From Candidatus Methylomirabilales bacterium (GTDB taxonomy: Bacteria > Methylomirabilota > Methylomirabilia > Methylomirabilales > 2-02-FULL-66-22): a DNA stretch of 51,034 bases. This document shows positions 44,926 through 51,034 of the stretch, one piece after another. The notes beneath the pieces were generated by a model. The model was given only the letters and a program-made list of their open reading frames with translations, had not been told where the DNA came from and searched no databases. Numbering within the stretch: position 1 is the stretch's first letter; every line of letters starts with the position of its first letter. The stretch covers positions 1 through 51,034 of the forward strand of contig JBHGAX010000020.1 in NCBI GenBank assembly GCA_041946635.1. The letters run 5' to 3'. The position numbers and the translations under genes are program-made.

Positions 44926-45669
44926 TCAGCGCCGGCCTGCTTGTCCAGCGCGCGCCGACTCGACCAGCCCCCGGAACAGGGCCAGGTGCGCCGGGTGATC
45001 CCCGTACATCCGCTCCGGGTGCCACTGCACGGCCACCGCGAACGCGTCACCGCACGCCTCGATGCCCTCCACGATGCCGTCCTCGACGCTCTCGGCCGAG
45101 ATCCGGAAGCCCGGCGCCACGTCCTTCACGAACTGGTGATGGGTGCTGGTCACCGCCGAGCGCTCCACGCCCATCAGCCCGTGCAGCCGCGTCCCGGGAA
45201 ACACGCGCACGTCGTGGATCAGCTTCTGCCGTTCGGGCGCGGGGGTCGCGTGGTGCGCGAGGGTGCCGGGGCGGCACTGGAGGTCCTGGTGCAGCGTGCC
45301 GCCGCACGCCACGTTGAGGAGCTGCGCGCCCCGGCAGATGCCCAGGATCGGCACGCCGCCGGCGTGCGCCGCCCGGGCCAGCGCGACCTCGAAGAGGTCC
45401 CGCTCGGCGTCCGGCTCCTGGCAGCGCTCGTCGCGCGGCTCGCCGTAGTAGGCGGGCGCCACGTCCTCCCCGCCGCTGAAGAGCAGTGCGTCCACGGCGG
45501 CCAGGTAGTCCTGCACGAGGGACGGCTCGTCGTCCGCGACGGGCAGGACGACGGGCAGGCCGCCCGCCGCCAGGACGGCGCCGGTGTAGTTGTCCCGGAT
45601 GGCCTCCCACCGCTCGAGCGGATCCCGATCCTTGAGGTGCCACGACGTCACGCCGATTCGCGGTCGCAC
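44926..45669 (-). CDS. Gamma-glutamyl hydrolase-type class I glutamine amidotransferase (peptidase C26, PuuD-like)
   Basis: 247 aa; ILGICRGAQLLN nucleophile elbow, VAVQWHPE. GTG start 8 nt after GGAG. Confidence 0.88.
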   Translation of the reverse strand: MRPRIGVTSWHLKDRDPLERWEAIRDNYTGAVLAAGGLPVVLPVADDEPSLVQDYLAAVDALLFSGGEDVAPAYYGEPRDERCQEPDAERDLFEVALARAAHAGGVPILGICRGAQLLNVACGGTLHQDLQCRPGTLAHHATPAPERQKLIHDVRVFPGTRLHGLMGVERSAVTSTHHQFVKDVAPGFRISAESVEDGIVEGIEACGDAFAVAVQWHPERMYGDHPAHLALFRGLVESARAGQAGRR

Positions 45670-45693
45670 GATAACGACTCCGTTCGCCGGGTT

Positions 45694-45750
45694 CGAGGTC
45701 CGAAGTGCCGCGGTTTGAGACCTCGAGCTGAGAACCTGGAACCGAGAACC
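45694..45750. repeat. Heptamer repeats: cgaggtc cgaagtg ccgcggt (related to array at 1-42), then GAGAACC/TGGAACC/GAGAACC (45730-45750)
   Basis: gaacc recurs at 45732, 45739 and 45746. The first block is 17/21 identical to cgaggtc cgaggtg cggggtc. Confidence 0.85.
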
Positions 45751-45766
45751 GGGCGTCTCGGCCTCG

Positions 45767-46498
45767 CTACAGCCCCCGAATTCGGCCCCGGTACTTCGCC
45801 TCCAGGGACCGGTTGTGCTCGTCGCCGCCCGGCAGGTTCGCGCTCATGTAGACGGGCGGGGTCAGCCCCTCCACGAGGTACCGCTCGACCACCCGGCACA
45901 CCAGCGAGTTGATGAGGTACGACCCGGCCAGGAGCGATGTCGGGGCGACCCGCCCCGCGAACCCGGCATACTCCACTGCGGCGTCGCCCGGGGCGCCGCA
46001 GGTGTCGAGGACAATGTCGGCCACCTCCAGGAGGCGTTTCCCGCTCGCGTGGCGGCTCTCCACCACGCGCGAGTGGTTCTCGGAGGTGAGCGCAATCACG
46101 GTGAGGCCTCGGGCCCGGCCCTCCAGGGCCATTTCCACCGGCACGGCGTTGATGCCCGAGTTGGAGACGACGATGAGTACGTCGCCCGCTCGCAGGTCGT
46201 GCGTATCCAAGAGCAGGCGCGCGAGGCCGGGCAGCCGCTCCAACTGCCCGCTGAGCGCGGGCGGCGTGAGCGGGGTGAGGAAGGGTTCCTGGATGGCGTT
46301 CACCGGCACCAGGCCGCCCGCCCGGTGGAACGCCTCCTCCGCCACGGCGTGCGAGTGGCCGCTGCCGAAAACGTGGACGATGCCGTCGGCCCGGAGCGCG
46401 CGGAACACCACGTCGGCCGCGCGGTCCAGTGCCGCGGCCTGCGTGCGCTCGATCGTCTGGAGGAGCGCCATCACCGCCCGGTGGTAGGCCCCGGCCAT
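45767..46498 (-). CDS. SIS domain protein (UPF0309-like), not MurQ-type
   Basis: 243 aa; VHVFGSGHSH, VVSNSGINAVP. Its ATG directly abuts the anmK stop (TGAATG). Confidence 0.85.
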   Translation of the reverse strand: MAGAYHRAVMALLQTIERTQAAALDRAADVVFRALRADGIVHVFGSGHSHAVAEEAFHRAGGLVPVNAIQEPFLTPLTPPALSGQLERLPGLARLLLDTHDLRAGDVLIVVSNSGINAVPVEMALEGRARGLTVIALTSENHSRVVESRHASGKRLLEVADIVLDTCGAPGDAAVEYAGFAGRVAPTSLLAGSYLINSLVCRVVERYLVEGLTPPVYMSANLPGGDEHNRSLEAKYRGRIRGL

Positions 46499-47674
46499 TC
46501 AGGCGCCCCGGAGCCCGCGATACCCGGCCCCCGGCACGATGCTGCCCAGGATGCGCGGCCCGGCCGCGCCCGTCACGGCGGGCAGGTTGCCGGGGCGGCC
46601 GGTCGCCGTCAAGTAGGCGAGGACGGCGAAGGTCACCGCCTCCACGGCGCGCCCCGGAAACCCGGTCGCCTCCGCCGTCAGCACCGCGCACTCGGGCAGG
46701 GCCTCGCGCAGTCCCTGCATGAGCGCGGCGTTGTGCGCGCCGCCCCCCATGACGATGACGTCCTGGATGGCCGTGGCGGGGAAGACGAAGGCGCGCAGGT
46801 TCGCGGCGATCGCCTGCACGGTGAAGGCGGCGAGCGTCGCCAGGCCGTCCGCCTCCGGGAGTCCCCCCGCCCGGATGCGCGCCCGGATCTCCCGCGCCAG
46901 GCCCGGCCCGAACGCCTCGCGGCCGGTGGACTTCGGCGGCCGCCGCGCGACGAAGGGATGGCGCAGCAGCTCCGCCAGCAGCCCCTTGTCCACCCGGCCC
47001 CGGGCCGCCAGGCGGCCGTCCTCGTCGTACCCCTTCTCCGAGAGGCCCGCCGCGCGGACGAACTCGTCCATCAGCACGTTGCCCGGTCCCGTGTCGAACC
47101 CGGTGACGGCGCCGGCCTCCGCGCCCGCGGGCAGGACGGTCAGGTTCGCGATGCCGCCGATGTTCAGGACGGCGCGCGCGCGGGCCGGGTGCGAGAAGAG
47201 CCGGTGATGCACGATGGGCACCAGGGGCGCGCCCTCCCCCCCGGCGGCCAGGTCGCGGGGCCGGAAATTCGCGATGGTGGTCACGCCCGTGCGCTCGGCG
47301 ATCACCGCCGGCTCCCCGATCTGCAGCGTGGAGCGCACGGGGTGGGCCCCCTCGCGCCGGGGCGCGGGCAGGTGGTGGATCGTCTGGCCGTGCGAGCCGA
47401 TGAGGCCGATCGCCGCCATCTCGACCCCCGCGCGGCGCGCCACCGCCAGGGCCGCGTCGGCGAACAGCTCCCCGAGGTAAGCGTTCAGGTGGCAGACCTC
47501 CTCGGTGCTGCCGCCCGAGGCCAGCGCCAGGATGCGCTCCCTGAGCCCCGGGGGGTACGGCCACGTATCGTGGGCCAGCACCGCCACGCCCGGGCGCTCC
47601 TCCGGCGACAGCTCGACGAGCGCGGCATCCACGCCGTCGGCCGACGTCCCGGACATGAGCCCGATGGCCTTCAT
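46499..47674 (-). CDS. anmK: Anhydro-N-acetylmuramic acid kinase
   Basis: 391 aa; MKAIGLMSGTSADGVD N-terminus, typical AnmK/LGK fold motifs. Confidence 0.92.
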   Translation of the reverse strand: MKAIGLMSGTSADGVDAALVELSPEERPGVAVLAHDTWPYPPGLRERILALASGGSTEEVCHLNAYLGELFADAALAVARRAGVEMAAIGLIGSHGQTIHHLPAPRREGAHPVRSTLQIGEPAVIAERTGVTTIANFRPRDLAAGGEGAPLVPIVHHRLFSHPARARAVLNIGGIANLTVLPAGAEAGAVTGFDTGPGNVLMDEFVRAAGLSEKGYDEDGRLAARGRVDKGLLAELLRHPFVARRPPKSTGREAFGPGLAREIRARIRAGGLPEADGLATLAAFTVQAIAANLRAFVFPATAIQDVIVMGGGAHNAALMQGLREALPECAVLTAEATGFPGRAVEAVTFAVLAYLTATGRPGNLPAVTGAAGPRILGSIVPGAGYRGLRGA

Positions 47675-47699
47675 GGAGCTGGCGGGAGGAGAACCCGGG

Positions 47700-48881
47700 T
47701 CACGCGGCGCCGCGGAACTCGGCGGCCACGCCCTCCAGCGCGGCGGCATCCAGGGCGAGATCGATGGCGGTCATGGCCATCGCCTTGGCGGCGAGCCCCA
47801 TGGCGCGATGGCCGCGCTCCGAGACCGCCGCTTCGGCGAAGGCCACCATGTGGTTGGTGATCTCGCGCGGGCAGATCTGCAGCATCGGCTGGATGGTGGG
47901 CACCACCTGGCTCACGTTGCCCACATCCGAGGAGCCGATCTCGCGGTCCACCGGGCCCTGGTCCACCGGCTCGCCCAGGGATTCCAGGTTCCGCTGGAAC
48001 AGTGCGGCCAGCCGGTACGCCGGCTTGAGCGGGTGGTAGTCCTTGGCCGCGGAGGTGACCTTGACCCGGCAGCCCGTGGCCTGGCCGGCCGCCTCGCAGC
48101 AGGCCGCCACGCGGCGGAACAGCTCGTCCATGTAGGGCAGGTCGAGCGCCCGGACGTAGAAGCGGGCCGCCGCGTAGTCGGGGATGATGTTCGGCGCCTG
48201 GCCGCCCTGCGTGATGATGCCGTGGATGCGGGCGTCCGGGCGCACCTGCTGGCGCAGCGCCGCGATGCCCATGTAGGCGAGGACCGCCGCATCCAGCGCG
48301 TTCACGCCCAGGTCGGGCTGCGCCGCCGCGTGGCTCGCCTTGCCGAAGTACTCGACGGTCAGCTCGCGCATGCCCAGGGCCAGCTTCACCGGCTCCGTGC
48401 GGTTGCTGGGGTGGACCAGCATGGCCGCGTCGCAGCCCTCGAAGACGCCGGCCTCCACCAGCGGGATCTTGCCGCCGCCCTTCTCCTCGGCCGGGCAGCC
48501 GACCAGCAGGACGCGCAGCGCGACCCGGTCCAGCAAGGCGTTCAGCGCCAGCGCCGCGCCGAGCGAGGCGGCGCCGATCAGGTTGTGCCCGCAGGCGTGG
48601 CCGATCCCGGGGAGGGCGTCGTACTCGGCCAGGAAGGCCGCCTGCGGGCCCCAGCTGCCGGCCGTGCCGGTGAAGGCCGTGGGCAGGTCGGCCACGCCCC
48701 GCTTCACCGCGAAGCCGTGCTGCTCGAGGATGGCCGTGAACAGCTCGGCGGCCTGGCGCTCCTCGTAGGCGAGCTCGGGGTTCGCGTGCAGGAAGTCGCT
48801 CACGGCCAGCAGGTCTGGCATCAGCCCGTCCACCTGCTCCTGCACCTGCTGCTTCAGGACTGCCATGTCGCCTGCCGCCAC
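47700..48881 (-). CDS. M20-family amidohydrolase (M20D / ACY1L2 / AbgB-like)
   Basis: HACGHNLIG, GCPAEEKGGGK. GTG 48881 sits 6 nt after GGAGGAG; alternative ATG at 48866. Confidence 0.88.
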   Translation of the reverse strand: MAAGDMAVLKQQVQEQVDGLMPDLLAVSDFLHANPELAYEERQAAELFTAILEQHGFAVKRGVADLPTAFTGTAGSWGPQAAFLAEYDALPGIGHACGHNLIGAASLGAALALNALLDRVALRVLLVGCPAEEKGGGKIPLVEAGVFEGCDAAMLVHPSNRTEPVKLALGMRELTVEYFGKASHAAAQPDLGVNALDAAVLAYMGIAALRQQVRPDARIHGIITQGGQAPNIIPDYAAARFYVRALDLPYMDELFRRVAACCEAAGQATGCRVKVTSAAKDYHPLKPAYRLAALFQRNLESLGEPVDQGPVDREIGSSDVGNVSQVVPTIQPMLQICPREITNHMVAFAEAAVSERGHRAMGLAAKAMAMTAIDLALDAAALEGVAAEFRGAA

Positions 48882-48981
48882 GGCACTCTCCTCCAGGCGC
48901 CGGGGCCCCGCCCGGCACTGGCGCACCATACCACGCGCTCTCGCGTCGCACAAGAAGCGGCCGCCACGTCGACCTCCCGGT

Positions 48982-49010
48982 TGACGCCTAAACACACGTT
49001 TGGTATTTTG
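48982..49010 (+). promoter_or_regulatory. Sigma70-like promoter TTGACG-N17-TATTTT
   Basis: Read directly, 43 nt upstream of the mug ATG. Confidence 0.5.
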
Positions 49011-49052
49011 GGACATGCCGGTGCCCCGCCGCCGGCCTCGCGGACCATTGCA

Positions 49053-49643
49053 ATGAGACGCGCCGATTGGCTCGCACGGCAAGCCCCGCTGCCGGATTAC
49101 CTGGCGCCGAACCTCGACATCGTGTTCGTCGGCATCAATCCGGGCGAGCAGTCCGCCCGGGCGGGCCACTACTACGCCAACCCGCGCAACCCGTTCTGGC
49201 GGCTGCTCCACGCGGCGGGCCTCACGCCGCGCGAGCTGCGTCCGGACGAGGATCGCCTGCTTCCGACGTTCGGATACGGCATCACAGACATCGTCAAGCG
49301 CCCCTCGCGCGGGCTGGCGGACCTCGGGGGCGGCGACTTCCGGCGCGGCCGCGAGGTCCTCGCGGAGAAGCTGCTCGCCTACCAGCCGACCATCGTCTGC
49401 TTCAATAGTATGACGGGCTTCAGCCGGTTCTTCGGGCCGGGCGTGCCGCGCCGCTTCGGCCGCCGCCGGCTGCGCATCGGGGACGCCCGCGTCTTCGTCG
49501 TGCCCTCCAGCAGCCCGGCCAACGCCGCGTTCTCGTTTGAAACCAAGCTGCGGTACTTCCGGGGTCTGCGCGTGTGGCGCGACGCACTGCGGGAGGCGGG
49601 ATGGGGCATGCGGGATGCGGAATGGAAAAGCGCCGTGCCATGA
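49053..49643 (+). CDS. mug: G/U mismatch-specific DNA glycosylase (UDG family 2, Mug/TDG)
   Basis: 196 aa; LDIVFVGINPG, PSSSPANA. The last about 17 codons run through a heptamer array. Confidence 0.88.
   Translation: MRRADWLARQAPLPDYLAPNLDIVFVGINPGEQSARAGHYYANPRNPFWRLLHAAGLTPRELRPDEDRLLPTFGYGITDIVKRPSRGLADLGGGDFRRGREVLAEKLLAYQPTIVCFNSMTGFSRFFGPGVPRRFGRRRLRIGDARVFVVPSSSPANAAFSFETKLRYFRGLRVWRDALREAGWGMRDAEWKSAVP
49591..49627. repeat. Heptamer array GGGATGS-like x5
   Basis: atg recurs at 49601, 49608, 49615 and 49622. Lies inside the 3' end of the mug ORF. Confidence 0.85.
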
Positions 49644-49705
49644 AGCCTATCGGAGTTTCATCCGGGATGGTCCATGGGCGGTCGTCCATGCTGGAGGGCT
49701 CTCCC

Positions 49706-49733
49706 CATGAGCCATGAGCCAGGAGCCAGGAGC
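49706..49733. repeat. Heptamer array CATGAGC x2 + CAGGAGC x2
   Basis: gagcc recurs at 49709, 49716, 49723 and 49730. Overlaps the predicted 5' end of the radical SAM ORF. Confidence 0.9.
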
Positions 49734-50783
49734 CGCGGCTCCACCGCGCCGAGCCTCTTCGGCGAGGCGGAACCGGGCGTCAAGGGCATCGAGCGCCTGG
49801 CGCGCGAGGCCCGGACCGTCGTGGAGAAGCCGACCGCCGAGTACCTGCAGATCCAGGTGAAGACGATCCTCAACCGGTGCACGAGCCCCCGCGTGCCCTT
49901 CACGTGGACGATCAACCCCTATCGCGGCTGCGAGTTCGGCTGCCGGTACTGCTACGCCCGCTACACGCACGAGTTCATGGGCCTGCCGCGGTGGGAGGAC
50001 TTCGAGGAGCGCATCTACGTCAAGCGCGACGCGGGGCGACTGCTCGCGCGGGAGCTGGACCCGGCCAAGCTGCGCGGACAGCACATTGCCATCGGCACGG
50101 CGACCGACCCCTATCAGCCGGCCGAGCGGCGATTCAAGGTGACGCGCACGATCCTGGAGGTGCTGGCCCTGGCGGAGGACCTGCACCTCTCGATCACGAC
50201 CAAGGGCGACCTGATCACGCGCGACCTGGACGTGTTGCAGCGCCTGGCGGGGCGCAGCCGGCTGTCGGTGAACTTCACCCTCACCACGCTGGATCGCCGC
50301 CTGGCCCACCTCCTGGAGTTCCGCGCCCCCGTCCCGGAGCGGCGCCTCCAGGCCCTCCGCGCCGTGCGCGACGCCGGCATCGCCGCGGGGGTGAGCATCG
50401 CGCCCATCCTGCCCGAGATCACCGACAGCCGCGAGAACCTGGAGGCCGTGATGGCGGCGGCGCGGGCGCACGGCGCCACCCACGTCTGGGCCAACCTCCT
50501 CTTCCTCAAGCCCTGCTCGCAGCAGGCCTTCCTCCCCTTCCTCGCCCGGCACTTCCCGCACCTCCAGGAGCGCTACGCCGCGCGCTACGCCGGCTCCGCG
50601 TTCCTGCGCGGCGCCTACCCCCGGCGCATCTACGCGCTCATAGAGGACCTGAAGGCCAAGTACGGCTTCGACCGGCACGAGGCCGCCCCGCCCCACCACC
50701 TCCACGAGGCCGACCCCGAGTCCGAGCAGCTCCCCCTGCTCGACATCGAACCGTCTGCCCTCGACCGCCGCCAAACGCCTTGA
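49707..50783 (+). CDS. Radical SAM protein, SplB / Rv2578c-like (DNA-repair photolyase-type COG1533)
   Basis: NPYRGCEFGCRYCYAR CxxxCxxC motif. ATG 49707 sits 8 nt after GGAGGG, but the first 9 codons are heptamer repeat. An alternative in-frame GTG is at 49821. Confidence 0.85.
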   Translation: MSHEPGARSRGSTAPSLFGEAEPGVKGIERLAREARTVVEKPTAEYLQIQVKTILNRCTSPRVPFTWTINPYRGCEFGCRYCYARYTHEFMGLPRWEDFEERIYVKRDAGRLLARELDPAKLRGQHIAIGTATDPYQPAERRFKVTRTILEVLALAEDLHLSITTKGDLITRDLDVLQRLAGRSRLSVNFTLTTLDRRLAHLLEFRAPVPERRLQALRAVRDAGIAAGVSIAPILPEITDSRENLEAVMAAARAHGATHVWANLLFLKPCSQQAFLPFLARHFPHLQERYAARYAGSAFLRGAYPRRIYALIEDLKAKYGFDRHEAAPPHHLHEADPESEQLPLLDIEPSALDRRQTP

Positions 50784-50873
50784 CCTGGCGAGGCGGCCGC
50801 GGGTAGTTTCGACATGTCTTCCCGCCAGGAGGCGGTTTTGCGGTGATGGTCGTCCTGCCCCACGCAGGCGCCG

Positions 50874-51034
50874 CTACCCCATCTTTGCGAGGGCCTCGTT
50901 CGTCTCGTCCGCGGTGAAGGCGCGCAGCGTCTCCGTGCGGACGTTGCCCAGCGAGCCCAGCGAGTAGAGGACCGCCCCCATGGTCGCTTCGTCCGGGGCC
51001 TCCACGACGGCCACGATGTCATAGCGTCCCATCG
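50874..51034 (-). CDS. GYD-domain protein, 5'-truncated by window end
   Basis: Reverse-strand translation ...GRYDIVAVVEAPDEATMGAVLYSLGSLGNVRTETLRAFTADETNEALAKMG*, stop at 50874-50876. Confidence 0.75.
   Translation of the reverse strand, partial: MGRYDIVAVVEAPDEATMGAVLYSLGSLGNVRTETLRAFTADETNEALAKMG

Noticed and set aside
45691-45714. tRNA-like T-loop string GGTTCGAGGTCC
   Set aside because: There is no complementary T-stem, acceptor stem or anticodon arm around it. The string is part of the cgaggtc-type heptamer repeat.

Overview
Very GC-rich bacterial chromosomal segment (spot counts about 70-77% G+C in housekeeping genes). I call about 48 protein-coding genes and one decayed gene, and I recognise no rRNA, tRNA, CRISPR, transposase or integrase. 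The lineage cannot be fixed from sequence alone; an uncultured high-GC soil bacterium (Methylomirabilota/Rokubacteria-like or Myxococcota-like) is only a guess. All family calls rest on motifs read from the translations, since no database search was possible.

Left part (76-15674, mostly minus strand): rlmI-like methyltransferase with a long Arg/Gly/Pro/Glu-rich N-terminal extension, ald, a split glutamine-dependent NAD synthetase (CN-hydrolase + nadE), a small Lys/Arg-rich protein behind a perfect sigma54 promoter motif, priA, family-4 UDG, coaBC, an orphan HicB-fold gene, DUF89, thiD, an Slt-type lytic transglycosylase and mtnA.

Middle: an Fe-S protein, then DAHP synthase preceded by a candidate Phe/Tyr leader-peptide attenuator. 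After these come a Gfo/Idh/MocA oxidoreductase, an internally deleted Zn-ADH pseudogene, and a Liv-type ABC importer whose LivM, LivG and LivF are one 853-aa polypeptide. The rest is a lipoprotein, dapF, and a minus-strand cluster (HMG-CoA-lyase-like, TRAP DctPQM, isocitrate-lyase/PEP-mutase-family enzyme) with two near-identical promoters.

Right part: a DUF1232/J-domain protein, a GT-B-like protein, a CheY-like receiver and an ampG-unknown-nagZ operon. Next is a roughly 6.8-kb lower-GC island with two tandem minor-pilin/pseudopilin modules, each ending in a large PilX_N-anchored protein. The modules are separated by a canonical terminator plus promoter and an N-terminally truncated PilV-like ORF. 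Downstream lie a C26 gamma-glutamyl hydrolase, a SIS protein, anmK, an M20 amidohydrolase, mug, an SplB-like radical SAM gene and a partial GYD gene.

Best candidates for something undescribed:
- the double ComZ-like minor-pilin island;
- the non-canonical muropeptide-recycling gene set flanking it;
- the aroF attenuator;
- a pervasive family of 7-9 nt tandem micro-repeats in intergenic spacers.

The many long alternative-frame ORFs in the track are high-GC artefacts.
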